Shown: piece by piece, positions 46,727 to 58,700 of the stretch | Position numbering within the stretch: position 1 is the first letter of the stretch | Layout of the letters: the number at the start of each line of letters is the position of its first letter | Source: Narcine bancroftii | Lineage: Eukaryota | Direction: 5' to 3' | Assembly: GCF_036971445.1 (NCBI RefSeq) | Contig: NC_091471.1 | Coordinates: forward strand, 235,352,001-235,416,000 | Length of the DNA stretch: 64,000 bases | Program-made: the position numbers and the translations under genes | The notes under the pieces: generated by a model | Databases searched by the model: none | The model's input: the letters and a program-made list of their open reading frames with translations, nothing else | Told to the model about the DNA's origin: nothing

Positions 46727-49700
46727 GTGGGAATACCAGCAGAGGAAGGCCCCGGGGCAAAATCCCCACTCGTGGCTCTTCCCCATCCTCCCCACTCGAC
46801 ACTCCCCTCTCCCCTAGTCCTCCTCTCCCCACCCCACCTCCACCAGCCCCAACTCCTATAGTCCCCCCCCTCCCAGTCTCAACTCCTATCCCCCTGTCCC
46901 ACCTCCTGAGTCTCAACTCCCAACCCCTCCACTCCCCCCGGTCACCCCTCTCCCAGACCTCTGTCACCCCTACCCCTCCTGATTTCTCTCATCCCCAGTT
47001 ATCCCTCCCCCAGACCCCACCCTTGGGCTGAAAGCAGCACCTCTGCCCCACCTCCACCTGCCCTTTGTCCCTTGCCCACAAACCTTGACTTTGTTCCCCA
47101 TCACCCAGTGTCAAATCAAAGTGGTGACTGCATCCCAATCTCCCCTACCCTCTCTCCATTCTCTATCCCCCATCTCACTCCCTCAACCCCCTCCCACCCC
47201 TTTACCCTCTCCCCTTCTCTCTCCCTCTCACCCACTCCCCTCCCTTCCCTTCACCCCCTCTCTCCTCCACTCTCCTCTTCCCTTCACCCCCTCCCTCGTC
47301 TGCTCTCTCTCTTTACCCCCTCTCTCCCTTCCTATTTACCCCCTCCCCATCCCTCCTTCTCCAACCCTCCCTTCCTCCACCCTCTCCTCCCTACTACCCC
47401 CCTCTTCTCTCCTCTTCCATGTCTATCTCTTGGTTTTTACCCCTCATTTTCTCTTTCCTTCTCTCTGTCTACTTCTCCACTCTCTTCTCCTCCTCCTTCT
47501 CTCCCCCTTCCGCCCCCTCTCCCCCTGCCGCCCCCTCTCCCCCTGCCGCCCCCTCTCCCCCTGCCGCCCCCTCTCCCCCTGCCGCCCCCTCTCCCCCTGC
47601 CGCCCCCTCTCCCCCTGCCGCCCCCTCTCCCCCTGCCGCCCCCTCTCCCCTGCCGCCCCCTCTCCCCCTGCCGCCCCCTCTCCCCCTGCCGCCCCCTCTC
47701 CCCCTGCCGCCCCCTCTCCCCCTGCCGCCCCCTCTCCCCCTGCCGCCCCCTCTCCCCCTGCCGCCCCCTCTCCCCCTGCCGCCCCCTCTCCCCCTGCCGC
47801 CCCCTCTCCCCCTGCCGCCCCCTCTCCCCCTGCCGCCCCCTCTCCCCCTGCCGCCCCCTCTCCCCCTGCCGCCCCTCTCCCCCTGCCGCCCCCTCTCCCC
47901 CTGCCGCCCCCTCTCCCCCTGCCGCCCCCTCTCCCCCTGCCGCCCCCTCTCCCCCTGCCGCCCCCTCTCCCCCTGCCGCCCCCTCTCCCCCTGCCGCCCC
48001 CTCTCCCCCTGCCGCCCCTCTCCCCCTGCCGCCCCCTCTCCCCCTGCCGCCCCCTCTCCCCCTGCCGCCCCCTCTCCCCCTGCCGCCCCCTCTCCCCCTG
48101 CCGCCCCCTCTCCCCCTGCCGCCCCCTCTCCCCCTGCCGCCCCCTCTCCCCCTGCCGCCCCCTCTCCCCCTGCCGCCCCCTCTCCCCCTGCCGCCCCCTC
48201 TCCCCCTGCCGCCCCCTCTCCCCCTGCCGCCCCCTCTCCCCCTGCCGCCCCCTCTCCCCCTGCCGCCCCCTCTCCCCCTGCCGCCCCCTCTCCCCTGCCG
48301 CCCCCTCTCCCCCTGCCGCCCCCTCTCCCCCTGCCGCCCCCTCTCCCCTGCCGCCCCCTCTCCCCCTGCCGCCCCCTCTCCCCTGCCGCCCCCTCTCCCC
48401 CTGCCGCCCCCTCTCCCCCTGCCGCCCCCTCTCCCCCTGCCGCCCCCTCTCCCCCTGCCGCCCCCTCTCCCCCTGCCGCCCCCTCTCCCCCTGCCGCCCC
48501 CTCTCCCCCTGCCGCCCCCTCTCCCCCTGCCGCCCCCTCTCCCCCTGCCGCCCCCTCTCCCCCTGCCGCCCCCTCTCCCCCTGCCGCCCCCTCTCCCCCT
48601 GCCGCCCCTCTCCCCCTGCCGCCCCCTCTCCCCCTGCCGCCCCCTCTCCCCCTGCCGCCCCCTCTCCCCCTGCCGCCCCCTCTCCCCCTGCCGCCCCCTC
48701 TCCCCCTGCCGCCCCCTCTCCCCCTGCCGCCCCCTCTCCCCCTGCCGCCCCCTCTCCCCCTGCCGCCCCCTCTCCCCCTGCCGCCCCCTCTCCCCCTGCC
48801 GCCCCCTCTCCCCCTGCCGCCCCCTCTCCCCCTGCCGCCCCCTCTCCCCCTGCCGCCCCCTCTCCCCCTGCCGCCCCCTCTCCCCCTGCCGCCCCCTCTC
48901 CCCCTGCCGCCCCCTCTCCCCCTGCCGCCCCCTCTCCCCCTGCCGCCCCCTCTCCCCCTGCCGCCCCCTCTCCCCCTGCCGCCCCCTCTCCCCCTGCCGC
49001 CCCCTCTCCCCCTGCCGCCCCCTCTCCCCCTGCCGCCCCCTCTCCCCCTGCCGCCCCCTCTCCCCCTGCCGCCCCCTCTCCCCCTGCCGCCCCCTCTCCC
49101 CCTGCCGCCCCCTCTCCCCCTGCCGCCCCCTCTCCCCCTGCCGCCCCCTCTCCCCCTGCCGCCCCCTCTCCCCCTGCCGCCCCCTCTCCCCCTGCCGCCC
49201 CCTCTCCCCCTGCCGCCCCCTCTCCCCCTGCCGCCCCCTCTCCCCCTGCCGCCCCCTCTCCCCCTGCCGCCCCCTCTCCCCCTGCCGCCCCCTCTCCCCC
49301 TGCCGCCCCCTCTCCCCCTGCCGCCCCCTCTCCCCCTGCCGCCCCCTCTCCCCCTGCCGCCCCCTCTCCCCCTGCCGCCCCCTCTCCCCCTGCCGCCCCC
49401 TCTCCCCCTGCCGCCCCCTCTCCCCCTGCCGCCCCCTCTCCCCCTGCCGCCCCCTCTCCCCCTGCCGCCCCCTCTCCCCCTGCCGCCCCCTCTCCCCCTG
49501 CCGCCCCCTCTCCCCCTGCCGCCCCCTCTCCCCCTGCCGCCCCCTCTCCCCCTGCCGCCCCCTCTCCCCCTGCCGCCCCCTCTCCCCCTGCCGCCCCCTC
49601 TCCCCCTGCCGCCCCCTCTCCCCCTGCCGCCCCCTCTCCCCCTGCCGCCCCCTCTCCCCCTGCCGCCCCCTCTCCCCCTGCCGCCCCCTCTCCCCCTGCC

Positions 49701-52700
49701 GCCCCCTCTCCCCCTGCCGCCCCCTCTCCCCCTGCCGCCCCCTCTCCCCCTGCCGCCCCCTCTCCCCCTGCCGCCCCCTCTCCCCCTGCCGCCCCCTCTC
49801 CCCCTGCCGCCCCCTCTCCCCCTGCCGCCCCCTCTCCCCTGCCGCCCCCTCTCCCCCTGCCGCCCCCTCTCCCCCTGCCGCCCCCTCTCCCCCTGCCGCC
49901 CCCTCTCCCCCTGCCGCCCCCTCTCCCCCTGCCGCCCCCCTCTCCCCCTGCCGCCCCCTCTCCCCCTGCCGCCCCCTCTCCCCCTGCCGCCCCCTCTCCC
50001 CCTGCCGCCCCCTCTCCCCCTGCCGCCCCCTCTCCCCCTGCCGCCCCCTCTCCCCCTGCCGCCCCCTCTCCCCCTGCCGCCCCCTCTCCCCCTGCCGCCC
50101 CCTCTCCCCCTGCCGCCCCCTCTCCCCCTGCCGCCCCCTCTCCCCCTGCCGCCCCCTCTCCCCCTGCCGCCCCCTCTCCCCCTGCCGCCCCCTCTCCCCC
50201 TGCCGCCCCCTCTCCCCCTGCCGCCCCCTCTCCCCCTGCCGCCCCCTCTCCCCCTGCCGCCCCCTCTCCCCCTGCCGCCCCCTCTCCCCCTGCCGCCCCC
50301 TCTCCCCCTGCCGCCCCCTCTCCCCCTGCCGCCCCCTCTCCCCCCTGCCGCCCCCTCTCCCCCCTGCCGCCCCCTCTCCCCCCTGCCGCCCCCTCTCCCC
50401 CCTGCCGCCCCCTCTCCCCCCTGCCGCCCCCTCCCCCCTGCCGCCCCCTCCCCCCCTGCCGCCCCCTCCCCCCCTGCCGCCCCCTCCCCCCTGCCGCCCC
50501 CTCCCCCCCTGCCGCCCCCTCCCCCCCTGCCGCCCCCTCCCCCCCTGCCGCCCCCTCCCCCCCTGCCGCCCCCTCCCCCCCTGCCGCCCCCTCCCCCCCT
50601 GCCGCCCCCTCCCCCCCTGCCGCCCCCTCCCCCCCTGCCGCCCCCTCCCCCCCTGCCGCCCCCTCTCCCCCTGCCGCCCCCTCTCCCCCTGCCGCCCCCT
50701 CTCCCCCTGCCGCCCCCTCTCCCCCTGCCGCCCCCTCTCCCCTGCCGCCCCCTCTCCCCCTGCCGCCCCCTCTCCCCCTGCCGCCCCCTCTCCCCCTGCC
50801 GCCCCCTCTCCCCCTGCCGCCCCCTCTCCCCCTGCCGCCCCCTCTCCCCCTGCCGCCCCCTCTCCCCCTGCCGCCCCCTCTCCCCCTGCCGCCCCCTCTC
50901 CCCCTGCCGCCCCCTCTCCCCCTGCCGCCCCCTCTCCCCATCTCTCTGTGTCATCATCCTGTTCCCTTCCACTACAGCCTCTCAGCTGCCCTCAGTATCG
51001 AAGCTACAGAAGAAAATAAGAAGCCAATCTTCACTTTCCAAGGTATGATCCAAAAGCCACTGCCCGACCCCGTGCAGACACCTCCAGGTTGGAGTAAAAT
51101 GCTTGAAGTATATGTTTGTGTGTGTCTGTGTGAAGGAACAGGGGAGAGAGAGGTTCACTTTGTGTCCCACCCCCGGGAGTGGGTGACAGGAAGAGGGAGA
51201 GGGAGCTTCACTCTGTGTCCCACCCCGGGAGTGTGTGTTGGGACGGGCGGGAGGGGAGAGAACTTCTTTCTGTGTCCCACCTTGGGAGTGTCTGATGGGA
51301 CCGTGTGTTTGTCTCCCTCCAGCCCATGAGGGACCTGTTTACAGCCTCCTCTCCACCAATCGGCAGCTGATGAGCTCAGGGAGCGGTGAGGTTAAGTCCT
51401 GGAACTGGAATGATGTCATTAAAAAGGTGAGTGGAGGGTTCAATGTGTCCAACAGCTCCCGGGGTTGGGGTGGAAGGGGTAGGGGGAGGGGACAGTTGTG
51501 GGTGGAATATGGGAGGGGAGGACGGGGAGGTGATGGGCTGATATGTGGGGAGAGGTTAGAAAGGGAAGGGGAATAGGAAGGGGATGGGTGAGATGGAGGG
51601 TTGTGGAGGGGGGCAGGAAGGGGGATGGGGAACAGGGGAGGGGACAATGTGACTGATGGTGATTTATTTTAGGGTTGTCGGGAGGTCTGGTGTCGACGAC
51701 CTGCGTTTGGGTGAGTTGTTACCTCCTGGACTCCCATCCTATCCCCACCCCCTCCTCACGGATGCCATTTCCTCCCATCCGGTACCCTCCCCACTCCCGT
51801 CCCGTCCCATCCCCATGGACATCACCCCCTCCCCACACCCTCTTCCATCCCCTCTCCCTGGACACTAACCCCTCCCGTCCCCTCCCCACAGACCCCACAC
51901 CCTCCCAACCTCTCCCCATGCTCCTGCATTCTGTGATCTGCTTGTTAACTCAGCACCCAATGCTCCATGCGCTGTTTCCCCATCCTCCCACTCTCCAGAG
52001 CCCATTCTTAGGAATCTGGCACCCTCCTCCCATCTAGTGCCAAGTAGTGATATTCCCAGCAGGGACCATTTCCATGTTACCCCTCTGTGGTCAACTGCGC
52101 TTCACTCCCCGAGCCTGGCCATAAAGGGACTGATACCCGGTGGAAGCGTTCTGACGTGGGTTAGAGCCGCATTGATAATGACCTGATGCTCTTTGGTCGA
52201 CAGGACACTCCTGGAGATCCCAGAAATAAACAGTTTGGTTCTCAACCAGAAGGTAAGACCCTCAGAATAATCCCAGGGTATTTCTGGGGTAGGACACAGA
52301 GTGATGCTTCCTCTCCTCTGTCCTGTTACACACTCAGAGTGGGACACAGTGAAACTCCTCTCCCTGTACTGACACACACTCCCGGGGTGGGACACAGAGT
52401 GAATCTCCCTCTCCCCTGTACTGACACACACTCCCGGGGTGGGACACAGAGTGAAACTCCTTCTCTCCCGTCCCATCACACACACACCCGTTGTGGAACA
52501 AAGAGTGAAGCCCCAACTCCCCTTTCCCATCATACACACCCAGGGTCAGTCTGAATTAAGCTCCCTCTGCACCATTACACCCATGCTCCCTCTCTCTCTT
52601 TTCTTACCCCTCCAGCCCCCCCCACCCTGTTCTGACACACACAGATAGTTCCTCTCTCTCTCCCGCCTCCTCTCCTCCCCTTCCCTATCTCTTCTTGGAC

Positions 52701-55700
52701 ATCCATGACCCCTTCTTCCCCTCATTCCACCGACGTCTCCGCAAGCCGTCCACCCCCATGACTCTCCTCCCCTTCCCACCACACCCATCCCCTCCCTCAT
52801 GTGCCCTCTCTCTCCTTCCCTCCCTTAGGACAACAGCCTGCTGATGGCCTGTGGAGACAACACCATCCACTCAATGGACCTGGAGAACGGAACTTTCACG
52901 GTGAGTGGCATTCCCCCCTCGTCATACCTTCATGGCTTACTGGGGTCTCGTGTCAGTCTTCTCCCCAACCACTGACAGTCCTAGGAAGTGCTCCATGCAT
53001 CTGTCCTAAAGGGACATGTTGGTTCCCTTTGGTCCCAGACTTCTCCACTGTAGAATCCTCTCCATGTCCACTCATCCAGGCCTTTCAGGGTTCTGTTGGT
53101 GAGTACAGTCCCAAAGCCTTCCTGTGACTTGGGGGATTGAATTCAAGAGTTCTGAGGTAATGTTCCAACTCAACAAATCTCTGGTGAGACCTCACAGAAT
53201 ATTGTGTTCAGTTCTGGTCACCTCATTACAGAAAGGATGGGGAAGCTGTGGAGAGGGGGCAGAGGAGATTCACCAGGATGTTTCCTGGATTGAGAAATTT
53301 GTCTTTTCGTCAAGGTTAGCAGAGCTGGGATTTTTCTCTTTGGAGAGGAGAGGAGTCTTAATCACTGATGACAAGATTATGAGGGGTAGAGATAGGGTGG
53401 TTGACCAGGGCCTGCGCCCAGGGCAGGATCAGCAAACAGGTCTGTACATAGTGAAGGGAGGGAAGTTTAGGGTTATGGTTTTTTTACATTTTCTTTATTT
53501 TTATTTTTATTGAAAAATACAATATTTTTATTGAAATTAAAATTCACATTAAAAAAGAATACAGAGTATATAATTAAAACATCGAAAGTAAACTACAGTG
53601 AAAATTTCATCCACGCTGTCCCACATCTGCAACCAAACAGTTCATGGGAAGGTAATGTTAGAAAATTAAATCTAATCCCACTACCAAAACCGAAGCTATT
53701 TACCCTGTTGCGGTAATAAATGACCTTATGAGCCAAAATTAAGGTTTTGAAAGTAATTCAAAAGGGTGTCCCATGGTGTTTGACAATTTACATTCAAATC
53801 GGAAATTGAGCATCGAATCTTCTCTAAGTTTAAACATGACGTCACGTAGCCACTGAGTGTGATAAGACAGGGTAACGTCCCTTGGTCAGCAATACCGCCT
53901 GCCGAGCCATAAGAGAAATACATGTAAATCAGATGCCGTTAGAGTTAAGCCACTCTCTCCAACGATACCAAACAAGGGAGTTAGAGGATTAGGCTTAAAA
54001 TGTACTTTAGAGAAAGTTTGAAATACTTCAATCCAGTACATCTCAAGACTCGAACATGTTCAAAACATAAGAATTTAGTTTAAATATCTCCATTGTTCCA
54101 TTTGTCACGAGGAGATACATCTGCATAAAAACGAGATAGTTTAACTTTGGACATGTGGGACCTATGGACTACTTTAAATTGTAGAAGGGAGTGTTGGGCA
54201 CATAAAGATGAGCCATTAACCAATTTGAAAATTACATTCCAAGTTTCTTCAGGGATTGAAAACTGCAGAGTCCTGTTCCCAGGGTTTTTTAATTTGATTT
54301 GAAGGAGTCCCTCTTGTTACTCTTTTTTTTACCCAGAGAATAGTGGGTGCCTGGAATGCCTTGCCAGGAGTGGTAGTGGAGGCTGGAACATCGGGCGTTT
54401 AAAAGACTCTTAGACAGGTCATTGAGAACATCTCAGGGGAGTGCTGCTGTCAGAGAGCAGCAGCAATCATCAAAGACCCACGCACCACCCCACCCCCCCG
54501 CCCCCCCCCCCCCGTTCTCGCTGCTGCCATCGGGAAAGAGGTATCGGTGCCACAAGACTCGCACCACTAGGTTCAGGAACAGCTGCTACCTCTACCCCTC
54601 CAACATCAGACCCCATAACAACAAACTCCACCTGGGATTTATTTAAGGGGTCTTGCACTTTATTGATTTTTTTTTCCTCTCTATATTGTACAGTTGGTTT
54701 ACGTGTCTACGTTGTGTACAGTTATTTTTGCACTATCAATAAGTGGTAATTCTGCCGCGCCCACAGGAAAGATTGTACGTGATGTCATACATATTCTCTG
54801 ACAATAAATCTGAATGAAAGGAAAATAGGTTATGAGTCAGGGAAGGTCTTATTTTGGTAGATTATACATTGGTCAGCACAACATCGAGGGCTGAAGGGCC
54901 TGTACTGCGCTATGGTGCAAACACTCTTCAGTGAAAACCCTTTCACTCCCGGATCATGCTCGTAAACCTCTGGACCTTCTCCAGTGCCAACCAACTCCTT
55001 AGAGCAGGGGTGTCAAACTCAAATTCACGGAGGGCCAAAATTAAAAACTTGGACTAAGTCGAGGGCCGAACTAAATATTTATTGAAAATTTTCAACAACA
55101 TCTGCATGTTTTCTCTTCTTTCAACATATGTAATGTTAAACTTTAGGATATAACTTTAGGAGGATAATGTTACAGGTCAGGAGTAGGTAGCTCAAGTTCA
55201 CCCTTTGCTTGACCTGAGGGAAACATATTTGGTCCCTGTGGAGATGTAGTCAGCATTCACAGGCTGTGTCCATTTTGGCCTGCATCAGGACTCAGCATTT
55301 CCTGCTCACTCCTCAGGCTCTAGGCCTCTATTCACCCTTGACCCACCATCACTCTACCTGACCAGTCCTTTACCCAACCTCTACTCACCCCTCACTCCAC
55401 TCACTCTGCCTCTATCCACCCCAACCTATTCACGCCCCTCTACTGCCTCTCCCCTCACCCTGTTCCTCCCGCTACCCGTCTCTCACCCTCTAATCACCCC
55501 TCCCCTACTCGCCCTGCCCCTCCCCTTTTACCTCTTCCCTATCCACCCCTCCTTCTACTCATCCCTCCTTCTAACTGCCCCTCGCACCACCATAACAACG
55601 AGAACAAGAAAGAGAGTATTTAAAAGAAAATATATAGAGTATTGATAAGAATTAATAAGGGAAAGAAAGGGAAGAGAGGAAGTAAGGAGGGAATTAAGAG

Positions 55701-58700
55701 AGTGACCTTTGTTGTATATGAAAATTGGAATCTTTTCTGGGGGGGCTGGGTGGGAAGGAGTTACGGTCATTGCAAAATCAATTGACGCTTGCGAGTGAAA
55801 TCGCAAATCCAAATGGAGAGGGGAGATGTGGTTACCCGACAAGGGATAAAGGGCAACACAGGAAGGGGAGGGGATAGTGGGGTTAAAGAAATTTTAGATA
55901 GGAGAATAAGGGAAATGTTTGATGTTTTAGAAATGTTGTCTTACAAAGTGTTCAAAACAAGAAAGCAGAAATGGATAAGAAGGAAAGGTGATGAGGAAAC
56001 GGAAAGGAAAGATAAACAAAGTATGAAATGGCTGTGTTGAACTATATGACTTTAAATATTAATGGAATACATAACCAAATCAAAAGGAAGAAACTGCTAA
56101 ATTTACTGAAAAAAGAAAAAATTGATATAGCATTCGTGCAAGAAACACATTTAACTGAAATGGAGCAGAAGAAATTAAAGAGAGATTGGGTAGTAACAGC
56201 AGCGTCATATAATTCAAAAGCTAGAGGAGTAGCTATATTAATCAGTAAAAATGTACCAATTAAAATAGAAGAGGAAATAATAGATCCAGCAGGGAGATAT
56301 GTAATGATAAAATGTCAGATATATTCGGAATTTACTCAATGTATATTCACCTAACGAAGAAGATCAAAAATTTTTTGAAGATAGCAGACACGCAAGGGAA
56401 AATACTAATGGGGGATTTCAACCTTAATTTGGATTCAAACATGGATAAAACTGGGAAAAAAATTAACAGAAAGAACAAAGTAACCAAATTTATAATTAAA
56501 TCGATACAAGAAATGCAACTTTTGGATATATGGAGGAAACAACACCCAAAGGAAAAGGAATATTGATATTATTCGGGTAGACATAAAACATACTCAAGAA
56601 TAGACCTATTCCTGTTATCAGCTCGCATGCAAGACAGAGTAAGAAAAACAGAATATAAAGCTAGAACATTATCGGACCACTCACCCCTGATATTGACAAT
56701 AGAGTTAGAGGACATCCCTCCAAGAATATATAGATGATTAAACTCCATGCTACTTAAAAGGCAGGATTTTAGAGAATTCATTGAAAGACAAATTAAAATG
56801 TACTTTGAAATAGATACGGAATCAGTGAAAGATAAGTTTATAATATGGGACGCAATGAAAGCGTTCATCAGAGGGCAAATAATAAGTTATGTAACTAAGA
56901 TGAAGAAGGACTACAATCAGGAAACAGAGCAGTTGGAAAGGGAAATAGCAAATATAGAAAAAGAATTAGCAATGAAGGAAGACACAACTAAAAGAAGAGA
57001 ATTGGCAGATAAAAAAATAAAATATGAAACACTACAAACATATAAGGTGGAGAAGAACATAATGAAGACAAAACAGAAATATTATGAACTAGGAGAAAAA
57101 ATGTACAAAATTCTAGCATGGCAGCTTAAGACAGAACAAACTAAGAGAATGGTATTGGCATCAAGGAAAAAAGACAAACAAATCACATATAATCCAATGG
57201 AGATTAATGAAAACTTCAGAGAATTCTACGAACAATTATACCAAACTCAAAACGAAGGGAAAGAAGACAATATAGATAAATTTTTAACTAAAATTGAACT
57301 ACCGAAATTACAAATAGAGGAACAAAATAAATTAACAGAACCATTTGAAATAGTAGAAATACAAGAGATAATAAAAAAACTACCGAATAATAAAACACCA
57401 GGAGAGGATGGATTCCCAATAGAATTCTATAAAACATTTAAAGATTTATTAATTCCTCCCCTCCTGGAAGTAATGAACCAGATTGATAAAACACAAAGCT
57501 TACCAGATTCATGCAAAACAGCAATAATTATAGTAATACCAAAGACAGAAAGATCCACTCGCACCAGCGTCATATAGACCAATATTTTTACTTAACACAG
57601 ATTATAAGATAATAGCTAAACTATTCGCAAACAGGTTAGCAGATTATGTAACTAAAATGGTAAATCTAGACCAAACTGGATTTATTAAAAAAAGATGAAC
57701 AACAGACAATATTTGTAAATTTATTAACTTAATTCATGCAGTAGAAGGAAATAAAACTCCAACAGTAGCGGTGGCTTTAGACGCAGAGAAGGCCTTTGAC
57801 AGAGTAGAATGGAATTATTTATTCAAAGTACTACAAAAATTCAGTTTACCAGAGAAATATATTAATTGGATTAAAGCATTATATAAGGGGCCATTGGCAA
57901 AAGTGACAGTAAATGGATATATATCAAAACAATTTAAATTAAGCAGATCAACAAGGCAGGGATGCCCACTATTGCCCTTATTGTTCGCGTTAGCCATAGA
58001 ACCACTAGCAGAACTGATAAGAACAGAAAATAAAATAAAAGGGATAAAAATAAAAGACAAGGAATATAAAATCAGTTTATTTACAGATGACGTTATAGTA
58101 TATTTAACAGAACCAGAAATATCAATAAGAGAAATTGAAGGAATATGGAGAAGTGTCGGGATACAAGATTAACGCAAATAAAAGTAAAGGAATGCCAATG
58201 AATAATGTGGATTTCTCAAAATTTAAGAAAGAATCACCATTCAGATGGCAAATGCAAGCAATACGATACCTAGGTATACAAATAAATAAAAACCGCGGCC
58301 ATCTATATAAACTCAATTATTATCCACTAATGAAAAAAATTACAGGACGACTTAGAGTATTGGAAAGACTAACCACTAACACTAATAGGAAGGATAAACT
58401 GTATTAAAATGAACATTTTCCCAAGGATACAATACTTATTTCAAGCATTGCCAATACACTTGATGGAGAAATTCTTCAAGGAGTTAAAGAAAATAATAAG
58501 GAAATTTTTATGGAAAGGGGGGAAACCGAGGATAGCACTAGATAAATTAACAGAATGGTATAAACAAGGAGGCTTACAACTGCCAAATTTTAAAAATTAT
58601 TATGGAGCCGCACAATTAAGATACCTATCAGATTTTTATCAAACAAGGGAAAAGCCAGATTGGACTAGATTAGAACTAGATAAAATAGGGGAGAAGATAC

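Noticed and set aside
47072-51329. Five 1100-1400 aa Pro-rich or Gly/Arg-rich ORFs
   Set aside because: Artefacts of the stop-free 18-bp array, open on both strands and located in a THOC6 intron.
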